Part shown: positions 1 through 12,516 of the stretch, in pieces
Layout: each line of letters begins with the position of its first letter
Numbering within the stretch: the first letter of the stretch is position 1
NCBI GenBank assembly: GCA_977862235.1
Contig: OZ374558.1
Coordinates: forward strand, 3,286,001-3,350,000
Length of the DNA stretch: 64,000 nt
From: Dudresnaya verticillata
Taxonomy: Eukaryota
Reading direction: 5' to 3'
Notes under the pieces: model-generated
Told to the model about the DNA's origin: nothing
The model's database searches: none
Seen by the model: only the letters and a program-made list of their open reading frames with translations
Program-made: the position numbers and the translations under genes

Positions 1-357
1 TGATATGGTATGCATCTAGTAAAATTAAAGAACTCCCATCAAGGATACAAGTTACATATGTATGGGCTAGATTTTCAAAGCAATGAAAGAGCCCTACTGA
101 AAGTGATACTATATCAGTGTTGTAGAAGAAAATCTTTTGGAGCTAAAAGCAACTGCTTTCCTCATCTTCAAGCTCTGCATAAATCGAGTTTATAACTATG
201 CATTATAACTGAACCTATTTTATCATAACCTGATAAAGAAACAGCATCTACACGGGCAGAAAGTTCTTCAAAATGAGAAAAACCTTCCAATCCCAAACTG
301 AAAAAACTAATAACTACACATAGCTCAAGAACAGGGACAAACAATTTGTTGAAACAA

Positions 358-532
358 TGTAGACTCAGCTTTGGCTTTGCGCAAACACAAACCCACGGAA
401 CTTTATCCCAAGACCTCCATGGCGGACCAATAAAAAAGAAACCACTAAGCTATTACCGCTCCCTTGTGGCTTTGTTTCGTGTAGTGCCGTGACGCTCCAT
501 AATTGGGATCCTACCTTCAGTAGGTATCTGCA
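358..532. mobile_element. Solo-LTR-like repeat (175 bp), most diverged of three copies
   Basis: Begins TGTAGA, ends TCTGCA, flanked by a 4-bp direct repeat ACAA (354-357 / 533-536). The body aligns with 38301-38474 and 43836-44009 (ACCTCCATGGCGGACCAA...GAAACCACTAAGCTATT...GATCCTAC...AGTAGGTA). Confidence 0.8.
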
Positions 533-949
533 ACAATGAAAGCAACAGACATCATGAATATTTAAGATCTGCCTGCAACTGATGCATGTACTATCAATCA
601 TGGGTTCTTCCTATCTCTGTGAGGACTACGGGCAGAAAAGAGATACTTACATCTGCCGAAGAGCATATTCAGCAGAAGCCATGCTTCATAGCAAGACTAT
701 CGTAATAATTCCAATCTCGGGCAACGAATTTCAATACATTTTTGGACGATGGGTGGATGTGGGGAAGTTTCCCCTCATCACGCTGCCTTGATAGGTAGAT
801 GTAGCCCAAGTTCGTTACTGCTGTGGAGAAGGAAGTTTGTAGAGGTTGAGGTCGACACCAACCTTCATCCTGGGCGTAATCTTCCGCTGGAGCCAGGAAA
901 CATTGTTCTTGCACTGGTAATGAGAAATTGGCTGGCTAAGGTCCGTGAA

Positions 950-2262
950 GGAGCCTATGACCATTTCAACATGGCAAGTGTATCCAAGATTCTTCCTCAC
1001 TAGGATCTGGACTGCTGTACTGACGACCATTTTGTAAAACGTTTTACCTATAGGCGAGAATACAACACACGAATCCACACAATTCTGACAAACCGCCACT
1101 GTTTATGCTCGATGGCATTCAGAAACTGCAATCCAGCACGGAAGGCTGCCAAACATAGCCAAGCGAAGACTTTGACAAACTGACCCAGTGTTCCACGATA
1201 TCTGCGTTTCTGTTCGACGTAACGTGAGACTGATCAATCATGTCTGTCACAGGCCGTAGGATATCCTGAAACCTGTTCTGCCGGTCCGATACATAGATTC
1301 GCAGTCTTTCAAAGTGAGTCTTGGTCGTTCGGACTTTTGCAACGACACTAGGAGAGAATTTTCAAAAGTTTCCTTTGACGATATTAACGAACCATTGGGC
1401 TGAGTAGTTATCAGCGGCTAAGTCATTAGGGGTTACGCTGTTCTTCTTGCTTCAATAACGTTGTGATGATGATGATGACGAGTAGTTGCGTACAGCGGAC
1501 ATGCCCTATTTTTCTCCAACAGTCTTGGGCGGGTGTCCAGTTTAAATAGAGAGCTGATGAGATTACGGATGTAAATGGAACCTTTTTGAATGCTGTTGAT
1601 GAAGGGTTGTGAATGATTACTACGGGAAAGTTGTACTAGACAAATGTGCATGCGTACTTAGTTGAAAGTATCTATTGCAACTATGCTTCACTGAGGTTTT
1701 GTCAAAGACGGGTAAAAAAGATGCCAATAGTATTACCGTAAGCGGACGATTGCCAGATAAGGGCAATGTGGCAGAAAAGACCAGTTTACCTTAGAACGCC
1801 TTGTGCGGGTCAATAAAATACATAGAAATTCAAAGTAATATCTGTGGCATCGCAGTAATACAGTTCCGCGCTGCAGCAAGTCACCATTCCCCATCAAAAC
1901 GTCTGACTCAGAAGATGAACTGCATAAATAGATAAGGGGAAGAGGGATTGAAGAAACGTCATGCCTGGGTCCACCATTCATGCAGAATCGTGGCATCAAC
2001 GAGAGAGAAATATTTAGAGCATGTTGGTTTCAATGCAGAAAGTCGCTGGCTAGATGAACATGTAAAATGCGAATACATTAAAATGTCGCTAGCCCCAGAC
2101 CTGATCATTCGCACAAAGAGTTTGGACTCAACAGTCGTAATGTTGTCATGCGGACAATTGAAGAGTATGCACACAAACCTCATCCGTTTTATACGCCTCC
2201 AACAAGTTCGGTACCGCTGCGAGCAGTACCGCACAAAGCTGCAGAAACTCGAAGATGGCTAA
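950..2262 (+). mobile_element. Possible highly degenerate copia-type pol remnant
   Basis: Fragmentary frames give DPVFHDIC (like integrase DLVHxDIC) near 1180-1205 and HVGFNAESRWLDEHVK...DLIIRTKSL (like the copia RNase H C-terminus) in ORF 1948-2262. Many stops; similarity is weak and judged by eye. Confidence 0.25.
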
Positions 2263-5200
2263 AGCACTGAACCGGATATGATAGAATTGTTTGCGAAGTT
2301 GCGCGCGTTTGAAGGAGGAGTGCTTCGCTTTTCGTAATCTTGTTTCGACAACTCTAAGCTGATGGGCCGAGGTTCAGACTACCGCATGAACTCGCAAACG
2401 CTGAGAACGTGCTTGGACAGAACGCAGCACTGCATTATTTCTAATTTTGACCTATACGTAACTGCTGTACATCAAATTTGTTGCCTTCAAGTCACTCGGC
2501 TCGGAGTTCTCCCTCCGGTCGTCACAAGATTGCTCAAACTAAATTCTCTTTGCAGTTCACAAAGCGGGCTTGTAATCATAAGCACTTTCGGATTAGATTG
2601 TGTCCTGCTCCGGATTTATGGCAGGTAACGTGACATCGCAGCTATTTGTGTAGGTAAAGCCTTCAAAAATCTATTTGAGTTACAATCTGCTTGTGCCATA
2701 GCAATTTCTAAGCAGCAGCGATCCGATTATTGATCTGTCACAGGTGAGAAATTGTATGCATGACTTTAATCCAGATAGAAAAAGAAAATGTTCAGACCGT
2801 GGGGAGGTCCTGTTCTGAATCGGAGTATATTTCAAGGTTGTTTGCGCAGGGAATGGAAGCCAGATTGTGTTTCACTGCAAAAGTGAAAATCCTTCTGCAC
2901 GAAATGAAGGGCTAGGGTGCCGAGAGGTACCCTCGCAGGCGTAGACTGTGGACGAAAAGGAATAATGGGCTTTAATAGGTATGGACCGCAGAATCAACAG
3001 AACATTCGACGGATGAGGATGTTAAGTGTTCCCTGTGCAGTTTACATACGCTCAAGATACGAAAAACATATTGATGGCACAAGAAAGTAACAAATGTTTA
3101 TATTATTAGGCGGTCCACACTAAGGTTTGGTATCCGAGGGCGTTTGGAGATAAAATGATTCGAGATGTTTTATGAATCTGGAATAGATCTTTCGAAAGAG
3201 TGGTCTGACTTCCAAAGCACTAGATAGTGCCCCTTGAGAGTCTGTGTTCAGCGAGGGTTTTGTTTCTTGTTTCATGGTGAGCTCGCGCACAAATATGCGA
3301 CCAATACGAAGACATAATTGATGGTAAGGTTAAGTAAACCTTGGAACAAAATGGACAGCATAGCATTTCATAGAAAGTGACCATCACATCCGTAGAAAAT
3401 GGAAACAGGTGTATCTAGTAACGAAGCATGTAGCAAAGCGGATATCAAATCATTTGGCACAGCCAAGGCATTGCGTACAGGAAAAAATTACCATCTGAGG
3501 CACAGAAGCTTGTATAAATTGGAGGTAGCATAAGTAATCGGGGCTCTTGCTAGCATGTAGATGGATATCAGTCTATCTTCTATCTGCAGAACATTGATAG
3601 GTGGTTAAGCAGACAATCGTGGGAAGAAGTACGGCAGTTGACGACCTATATCTAAACGTAGTGCATTATTGATACTTAATGTAGAAAAAACAAGATCAAC
3701 AGGTAGAAAAAACTGATAAATCGGGAGACATACAGCTCCTTACTTGCAGTGGCGCATCACCTCGTGATGATTGATGCAAGCAGCATATTGATTTCAAACA
3801 GCTCCGTGCGACAGTTGTGAAGTGATATTTTGTGATGCTCATCTCATCTTAGTACTAAATATTCAGTATAAAGAGGGTCTGCTTCTGCATGTACGCACCA
3901 AGTGCAAACATAGCTCTTGTATTTACTGCATGGAATCTATTACCATTTATTTGCAGACAACAACTAGTTGTAGCATTTATAGCACAGTACAGATATGTCC
4001 GAGGACATCTCTGTCTGGACTGAAAAACATAGTTTGGTATTAATAGGGTGCATGGATCCTTGGTTGGTCTCAAAACCACCCTGTGTGATCGGTTCGGGCA
4101 GAAGGCCGCGTGTTGCTTCCAGAGCTATGCTTGTTGAGAGTGAGCTGGGCGACTTTCACTGCTGCTATAAACAGCAGCAATTGTCAGTTGCAGGCAATCG
4201 TCTCTCCCTAGATGCGGAATGGCGATGGAATGAGCACGGGTTTTGAGCGCAGTTGGGCCGTTTTATATTGTTGTTGGGATTGGAGGCCTGACGAGGCTGG
4301 CTCCTTCCCGATCATATTTCCGTTTCTATTCATTGCGGGAAAGGCGTGCGCTGACTGTGGCTTCACCTTTCACTTACTGCGTCGTCAGCTTCAGCCATCA
4401 GCCGCCGTCGACTTGGCTTCTCTCTGGGTAGTGCAGCTCTCGGGAGAACCCGCGTCCCTCTTCAGCTTTTGCATATAAAGGTCCCCCCTCTCTCTCTTTC
4501 TGTAATGAATTGATCTAATTGCTGCTGAGCGTAGTATTCTGTTGAGAAGTACTTTTACCGGACGACTTGGAAGGTGAAAGGCGAACAAGGGTACGAGGGC
4601 TCAGTTCACAGATGGCCGGTTCAGGAGCCCAAGCTGTCGGAAGCTCTAGCAACATATTGATTAACGTATTCATGGATGGACAAAAGGGCTACTGCAATAC
4701 GCAGCGCACAAGTTGTCCCCCGTCACCCCAATTAGGTAATCATCGGATCTCCGAGAACGGGTCTGGTGGCCTTGACTGTAGGGCGACGGCGGGATGTTTG
4801 TATGATTTTGGGGCTTCTTCGCAGGTGCTTGATGCAGATGCACTGTTATTACACAAGCAGAACGCGGTGCTGAACAGCTGCCCTTACTGGGAGAGTTGGG
4901 TGGTCATCAGGGACTAGGGCGCTGTGCCCGTGGAAAAGAAAATGCCTTTCTAATCAGGACCCATGGGATGTACCAGCCGTGGACAGGTCTGAGTCTGTGG
5001 CGTAGCGTGGGATGCTGTGGCGGGGTCGGGACTGGGATGTGTGTTCAACAGCGCAGAGTTGAATGATTTGGTTGTACATGTACGTCAGGTATGGTGGAGT
5101 AGGTCGGTGTTGCGTTTGCTTCGCAACAGGTACAGCACCCTGCGCCCGTCGCGTGGGCTCTCTTTGTACGTAATAAATGTATTGTGGCAGCTGCGAACAC

Positions 5201-5914
5201 AACCGACGCGAGATAGGGCTGCGGGCTGCGGCTGCGGCTCCAAAAGCCTTGATCCTTGGATGCGCAGAGTGAGACGAGGCCGCAATGGACACCACCTTGG
5301 CCACCCGTGAAACATGGCAAAGATATATTGCACCGCAACCTCAGATCGTCGGAGATGAGAGAAACTAGAAGATACGCATCCGGCTCGTTTCTCCGCACTG
5401 CACAACGCCCTCCGAGCGCGGTGACTGTCAAGCGCCCGGCGCGAGCGTGCGCGTGCCTCGGTGTGCGGTCCCCCGGCACGGTCCCGCGCGGACTGTGCGT
5501 GGCGTTGTGCTGTGGCGGGCAGCCTGGATGTACCTTTCCAGGACGCTGCGTTGCTGCAGTTGTGCCCGTCCGTCAGGCGTGTGGGCATCTAACCGTCGAA
5601 GCGACAGCGCCCACGAAGCAAAAGCGCCGCTGTGACACGTTTCGCTACACAAACCAACCACTGAGCGCGCGCGCGTGGCACGCCGACAACATGTCTGCCG
5701 TGTGGCCCGTCGCGGCTCTGATTGAACACATCGACGCTTCTCTCATCTCTCTTTTTGGCAGCACACCCGCCGCGCGCAAAGCCGCATAAAGCCCGCGCGG
5801 CCGCGCGCTTGGGGGTCCGCCCGCCGTCACCACGCTCGCACGCAGCACATCCGCCGCTCGAAGAACGCAACAGCCGCACGCCGCCCCGCCGTCGCACTCA
5901 CCGCTCCCACCAAG

Positions 5915-6319
5915 ATGAAGCTTCTTTCCGCGCTGCTGCTGCTGTCGGTGCTATCCGTGTCGTTCAGCGCGTCGCTGACGACGTCGGCCAAGCAGAAGGT
6001 GTGCGTCAAGGTGAAGACGAAGCCGTCCGTGATGCGGTCGAAGAAGATGTGCGACAAGCCGAAGCGCGTGCGCACGATGATCGTGTTCGACATCTCCATC
6101 CCGCCGTTCTCGTTCCTGATCAAGATCACGCTCAAGTGCTTCAAGAAGAAGCGCGCCGTGCGCGTGACCAAGCGCGACATCAAGTGCATCAAGGTCTTCC
6201 TCAAGCGCTGCCGCTGCGTGCCCGACGCCGAGAAGGCCGCGTGCGTGCTCGACAAGTTTGACCAGTGTGCGCCGCAGGCGGATCGCGAGATCCTCCCTGC
6301 GCCCACCGCGATGTCTTAG
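5915..6319 (+). CDS. Secreted cationic 8-Cys protein, family member 1 (subtype A), 134 aa
   Basis: Signal peptide MKLLSALLLLSVLSVSFSA. Motifs CVKVKTK...C...LKC...RDIKC...KRCRC...C...CAPQA are shared with seven paralogues. Strong G/C third-position bias; CATAAA about 125 bp upstream. Confidence 0.93.
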   Translation: MKLLSALLLLSVLSVSFSASLTTSAKQKVCVKVKTKPSVMRSKKMCDKPKRVRTMIVFDISIPPFSFLIKITLKCFKKKRAVRVTKRDIKCIKVFLKRCRCVPDAEKAACVLDKFDQCAPQADREILPAPTAMS

Positions 6320-6917
6320 CCTTGGTTCTCGCTACGGGCTTTCAATACGCATCAAAGCCACAGCATATCTGGGCATAATTGTTCATCTGCTTTAGTAAAA
6401 GGGTAGTGCTTGCTCTCCTAGAGTCGTATCTCCGTGTCTCGCTGAGCTCTTCTGTGGTCTGCTCGTTTCCATTTCGTTTTGCTCTCCTTAAGGAGTGTTG
6501 CAACATTTGCGCCGGGCTGCCTTGCACTCTCGAAATATGAAAACTTTTGCCGTCGTCCTTCATCAGATTGCCGATGGTTTGTTATTACAACCGCTTGTGT
6601 TGCTCATCGCTTCCTACTCCATTAAATTACCCATCGAAGAAGATAGCTTCCTGCAATGCGAATAAGTACATTCTAAAAGCCCAAGCGCTTCGAATAAATG
6701 GATTCGGCTCCAGTCATACTGCCCCAGCGCTTGCTTATTACACATTGAGAGAGCAGACTGTCTAGAACAAGCCCATCCTCTTCGCAACCAATTTCTTTTT
6801 TGCTTTACGGCGAAAAACGCACCTCAATCCCACTACTCATCAACGCGCTTGCATACAACAATTTTCAACACAATCCTTCAACATGTACAACTAACACAAG
6901 CCAACCCCCACGCCACC

Positions 6918-7343
6918 TCAAGGCAACACAAGCTCCAACGTCTCCTTCCCCGCCTGCGGCGCGCAAGTATTGATCTGGTCTCGTATACATGTCGCCTTAA
7001 GCGCGTCAACCTTGCACCTGCACCGCTTCATGAACACCTTGAAGCACCTGATATCCCTCCTGGTCACGCGTTGCGCACGCTTCGGCTTGAAGCACTTCAG
7101 CGTCACCCTGATCTTGGCGAACACGGGCGGCACAGACACGTCCAGCGTGATCAGCGTCCGGATCTGCCCGGGCTTGCACCGCACCACGTTGTTCTCCACC
7201 GACGGCTTCGTCTTCACCTTCACGCACACCTTGGCACGGCTTGTCACGTCTAGAGCACCGGATTTGTGAACCGGAAGTACTTCTGTGGCTGAACTCAGTG
7301 ACAACGCGGAGATGAGGAGGAAGAGGACGGCGAACAGCTTCAT
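6918..7343 (-). CDS. Secreted cationic 8-Cys protein, family member 2 (subtype A), 141 aa
   Basis: Start taken at the internal ATG 7343 (MKLFAVLFLLISALSLSSA, signal peptide). Same Cys frame as member 1, convergent with it. The TATA box at 7461-7466 lies inside the longer predicted ORF, which supports the shorter start. Confidence 0.93.
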   Translation of the reverse strand: MKLFAVLFLLISALSLSSATEVLPVHKSGALDVTSRAKVCVKVKTKPSVENNVVRCKPGQIRTLITLDVSVPPVFAKIRVTLKCFKPKRAQRVTRRDIRCFKVFMKRCRCKVDALKATCIRDQINTCAPQAGKETLELVLP

Positions 7344-7460
7344 TTTTGGAGTCTGGATATAGCTACGGTTGCTATGGCACACACACACACACACTTTGTA
7401 TGCTACCTGCGCGCAAGTCTCGTTCGGCTCTTCTTGTGCAAGGCGAGTTCTAGTCCCAGA

Positions 7461-7466
7461 TTTATA
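7461..7466 (-). promoter_or_regulatory. TATA box of member 2
   Basis: TATAAA on the minus strand about 118 bp upstream of the ATG, with similar spacing in other paralogues. Confidence 0.65.
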
Positions 7467-9444
7467 GACTTTTGCGACTAAGTGCACATAGGCGGATTCT
7501 GCCGGATCAGCACGAAAACGACGACGCCATTTGCATTGTTATTGTACCAAAAACAATTTCTTCTTCCATAAAGTCTGTAGCTCCTTGCAACAGCTCTGAA
7601 AAGCTTGAGACAAAACTCTAGCACTTCAAGAGCGCGTGCGTCAAATGGGAACCTGTTTAGAACAAGGTATGATGACTCTATTGCGAAAGGACCACACAAA
7701 TTTGAAACCATCTGGACAGCAAGACAATGAGCATGCAATTGCTTCAAGTAGAACAAAGCCAATCCAAATTGAGGTACGGTATCACTTGTCACAATAATCT
7801 GCGAGCTCATACTAAGAAGGCCGTGATCTTGAGATCAATCACTGAAGACAGGAAGTGTAACTTATATCAAAACTGAGCTATTGAAAGCAATGTATAAGTT
7901 TTTTGTTTCCGCCACATGAGTACTTCGTGCGAAGGGAGTGCTTTGACTACAATGGGGCAAGCAATACAGTTTCCTAAATGGTGTTTTGACATGACGACTA
8001 TTATTTCTGGATTATATCCAGCAGAGTTCTATTCTACGCTTGGACAATCTCGTGCAAGAATGCTGAGTTTGCTGAGAGGTCTGCCCGATTTTCCCATTTC
8101 TCTTTGTAAAATAGCTCCGAACACACTATTCATGCTTTAGTGGAAGATGAAACAACATGGGCTATTAAGGAGAGAAAAAAAGGGTTTTATGGCTCAAAAG
8201 GACTTGTTCCCTCTTCGGAGAAGCGTTCGATCTCCACTCGCTTGATGTCAATGAGTCATCGCTGTAGAGAATAGAGAAGTTCTATTCAGCGCAACTATCT
8301 TCATACCCCTTTCTTGGTTCTTTTTCACGATTCAGGAGTGCTCTCAGTAAACGCGCCCCCCTCTTCCGTGATGTGTAGCAAACGAATATGGACGAAATCA
8401 GTTTGTGGCACAAATGTTGACAGCAAGGAGTAAGTACAATTTCTTGACAGCTTGTCTTGAGTGAGTGCAGGCACTACTGGACGACGTAGCAAAGGGCCGT
8501 TGCAATGCGCTGAGCACGAGACCGATTTGTCATTCTCCGACCGCAACGGAAGACTAGAAAATGCAACGGCAGTTGGTCCTTTGCGCAATACATCTTAATA
8601 ATTTCTTCCCGATAGCTGAAAGGAGTGGAGCTCCTTACGCTCATGCTACACACACTGCGCCTGTCCGCTGCTACAACGATTATGCCCCCCCTCCCCGGTT
8701 AGATTAGATCCCGCAGGATCCCATGGGGTGAGTACCGGCGCTGTGTGGAGGACAGCCTCCTCTCCATCGCAGAAAGCGCTACAACGGTTGGACTCCAAAC
8801 ACGCTGAAATTTAGAAGATTTGTCATTTTGACACGTCTCATGTCTGACGCGGGTCTGTTCCTCGCGCCGCGCGGGCCAATTGCAGCGCGCAGAGCGGGAC
8901 AAGCGGCGCGGTTGCTTCGTTGCTGCTTTCCCATTGGCTCGGACTGCATCCGTGGATTTGCGCGCTGTCGTTTCCTGTCTTCTGCCATAAACTCCGCTTA
9001 GCGTCAAAGCGTTCGGCCTACCGCAGCCAAAGTCTTTCCAGTCTATCGCTGAAGATTCTTTGTTCATGCAACGCGTTGACCATCGCGTATGTGCTTTTTG
9101 AGCTGACAGCCTGTTGTGAAGGTTTGCTGCACTCTTCGACCAGAGTAACGTCGATTCGCTCAATGTCATGACCATTGAGCAGATTGTCAAAAACAAATCG
9201 AGTGGTGACGACCTGACAAATCCAACAACTTTCCGGTCAAACCTCTCTCCCAATACTGGGAAAATTCTAGCTTCTGCAAGAGCTGACGAACCGAATCTCC
9301 TGAATACGCGTTTCTCCGGCCTCCCCATAGAATTCCTCTATCGACTCCCCTTGATCTGCTGCGCGCATGGTGGCATCGAAAATAAGTCAACCATCATATC
9401 ATCTGCCTTGAGAGGATCAAATCACTCAAGAAGTCTGTGCCAAC

Positions 9445-9475
9445 TATCAAGCATTACCTCGAATAATGCTTGATA
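9445..9475. repeat. Perfect 12-bp inverted repeat with 7-nt spacer
   Basis: TATCAAGCATTA-CCTCGAA-TAATGCTTGATA. Confidence 0.8.
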
Positions 9476-12216
9476 ACTAACACTGGCTCTTTATGTCTCT
9501 TAAAGAACTAGATATTGACGCTAGGTTCTGCATAGTGAGAGGTGTCAAAGTCAGAAACGGATGATACTCACTAACGTCATTTCTTTGGACTGAGTCATCT
9601 GGCTGCAACAGCCTCTCAGCTTCTCTTCCTCCTTACCGAGACATTGGATCATAAGAGTATTCGTTGGTTAGAGGCTGCGTAATGAATGAATGGAACAAAG
9701 CTGACCAAAGCAATTGATGACGAAGTCGAACATGCTCACTCGACTGATCATTCTAGCTAGAAATGGCTTATTCCTATATTATATTCTGTTTGACGGAGAT
9801 TCCTTGAGCTCTGCTTCTGATGAACACGAAACACATCTTTGTGAATTTTAGACACCAATAGAAATAAAGTAACACCCCATGCTAAAGTATACTTAGGGCC
9901 ATATGTAATAAGGTATGCTGTCGATACACTGTATATCTTAATGGCCTATAATATAGACCGATGTACTCGGGTTTTCTCAGACCAAGTCTCAGTGAGGCTA
10001 TGACTCGATCTCCCTTCCTCTTTGACTAATCGAATCTAAATCTAATCATGCGCAACCATCACATCGCACACCGGAGGAGCTCACATTTTCCGAGTAAATC
10101 TTGTCCAGCCGTTACGGAGACTCCAGAGTCTCAGCATTAATATTAATATTAATATTGAATGTGGGCCATTGTCGCGTGTACAAGACCACCTTAAACAATC
10201 CAAACCAAACAAACAAACCTGATTATTACTAAAACATCACTTGTGAAATATCATATCACCTACACTGGAAACTCCTGGTTCTAGCTATCAGGAAACAACC
10301 TCTATTAATGCTCCATTATCTACATAATAAGTAGGCATTTCTATGTGCTGACTTCCCACGCTTTATCCATTTGGTCTCAAGGTGCCTCCATAATCGAAGC
10401 ACATTTATGGTCGGTTTGAATTTATTTGCATGAATGTATTCTGTCGTGCTAGAATTGGACTGCTCTTTGGCAACATGTAGTACTGGGACTAAACGGAAAT
10501 GATAATAGCAGTCTTATCTTTCTTATGCGGTGCGACCCACTACACCCTCCCAGGCTCTCCACCGGCTTTCATCTCCAGTTTCGCGAAACGTAGGTAGGAA
10601 TCTGATTCCTTCCGGAGTGAAGCGCTGAGATTAACTACAGCTCTGCTTTTATCTTGTATCCAACGCTTTGGGAATATTTTTCTGTGCTTTGTTTGGTGTG
10701 CAAAAAGGAAAAGGATTCATTTATTCACAAAAGTATCCTGGATGCTAGATCGATCCTCAGAGTAGAGGTGAGAGAGCAGGGCCAGGACGGCTGCGTCCAA
10801 AGAAGCCACTTAAAATAGAAACTATTAGAGAATGGTCTAGCTGCTTACAACTCCATATTGGATTCGCGACCTGATCTTTCACGCAGACAGGACGCAGAGA
10901 TAACACCTATCATGCAACAGTGCCTCTCTATCGTGGAACTGCTGGCCACGAGGTTGGTTCAATCCCCGGGCAACTACAGCCGATGTTCAATGCAGTGTAT
11001 TATCTTTCCGCACAGAGCATTATTTCTTCTTCATTTGAATCATCATAGATACAAAATATACGTAAAGGAGTCACACTCATAAACATGGGATGAACAAAAA
11101 GGCGTTCTCACCTTCAAGAGAGCTGGCTTCGTAAAACAAAAATCAATTTGTAAAATTAAAAGAAGGTGCGTGTGAACTTCCATTCGAAGTTGACACATGG
11201 TTCCTGCTCGACTGTAGCTGCTATTCCAAGCATGTAAAGAATTGATATCTTGAACTTAAGAGAACTAGTGGCTATCTTGTGAGCCTTCACTTAGAAATAT
11301 ATTTTTGAGGTGATCCTATGGCTATTCCCTTAACGATCAATAACTGCGATGTACCCGAACACGCGAAGAATTGGTGAGGGGGAACCTTACAATTGCAATT
11401 ATTCTAATGGTATATACATAGAAGTTAAATAGAAGGAGAAACATGGGGCACAAAGTGGAGCATGGGGAGGAAAAAGGAGGGAGAACTGAATTGGGATAGT
11501 AGGTTTTCTTAGCATAGATGGATAACTTCTGGCACCAAAACATTGCTTCTATGTTCAGGCTCTCCACGCCAGACAGAAATCATTGTTGAATATCGTTTAT
11601 TCTCTGCAACGGTAGAGTTGTTATAGAGTCACCTAAACCCCAACAGAAACAGAACATTACCAACCACTGCAGTGAAAGTCATCCGTGGCAGTTCAGACGA
11701 CCACAAGGCAATTTAAGCCTTGAAAGATGGGAGCAAGTTTTTTCTGCATGCTATTCAAGCTAGCTTGAAGTGAACGAAGTTAATCAGAGATTCTCACGAG
11801 CTTCAGAGAAACAAATGTTTTTACAACTGCCCCTTTGTGAAGATACTGCGTATGCTTTACTTCATCATGCATATAGAGCCTTTTTTGTCATAGCTAACGT
11901 CGAGAGTCTCCGGAGCAGCTCATCGTTTTTGTTACGCGTAGGTAACATAATTCCAGCAATAAAAATTCTCAACAAAGTATACTACCACTATGAACATTAC
12001 CACAATTTTTGCAGTTGCAGATGCTTGACTGAATGCTGCCAGCTGCGGTTCTATGGAGAAAATCACAAAACAACGACTGTGACACCAGAGACAATCTCTC
12101 TCTCCCAACGTTCTTAGCCGTTCTGAGAGTCCTCCACGGCGTGGAGTCCACGCCTCCGAGGAACATAGAAAGATTCTGCTGTTGAACTCCTCCGCTTACT
12201 TTCTGGACTACATCCC

Positions 12217-12516
12217 TTATCTATGGCTTGGGGCGGACATAGCTGCCGGTGCGGGAGCACCGGAACCGTGTCCACCCCCAGGAGCCTGACCTCCAAACTG
12301 CATAGGTGCTGGAGCGGCCTGGCTCGGGCCCTGTGGAGATGGTGCTTGTTGCTGTGGGGCAGAGGGAGCTTGAAGAGCAGGATGCGGAGCAGATGGGCCA
12401 GGATGAAGGCTTCCACGAAGGGCAGGAGGAGCGAATCCTTGCTTCAACACCGGGACGGCCGTTGCAGAGTAGATGAAGATTGAAAGTAGCGATATGAAGA
12501 TGGTAGTCGACCTCAT
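12217..12516 (-). CDS. Small secreted Pro/Ala/Gln/Gly-rich peptide, 99 aa
   Basis: Signal peptide MRSTTIFISLLSIFIYSATA followed by a low-complexity PSAP/QAP-rich mature part with no Cys. TATATAA on the minus strand at 12687-12693. Confidence 0.75.
   Translation of the reverse strand: MRSTTIFISLLSIFIYSATAVPVLKQGFAPPALRGSLHPGPSAPHPALQAPSAPQQQAPSPQGPSQAAPAPMQFGGQAPGGGHGSGAPAPAAMSAPSHR

Noticed and set aside
4082..4587. Possible solo LTR (TG start, TATAAAG, CA end)
   Set aside because: No TSD and no second copy in the window.
4954..6306. Many overlapping 100-180 aa ORFs around member 1
   Set aside because: GC-rich DNA with few stops, plus shadow frames of the real gene; no motifs.
7344..7487. 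Longer N-terminal extensions for members 2, 5 (33281) and 6 (36033)
   Set aside because: Signal peptides start at the downstream ATG, and the TATA boxes fall inside or close to the extensions.
8699..9473. 209-aa minus ORF with upstream in-frame stops
   Set aside because: Possibly a decayed gene or TE, but no motif could be recognised.
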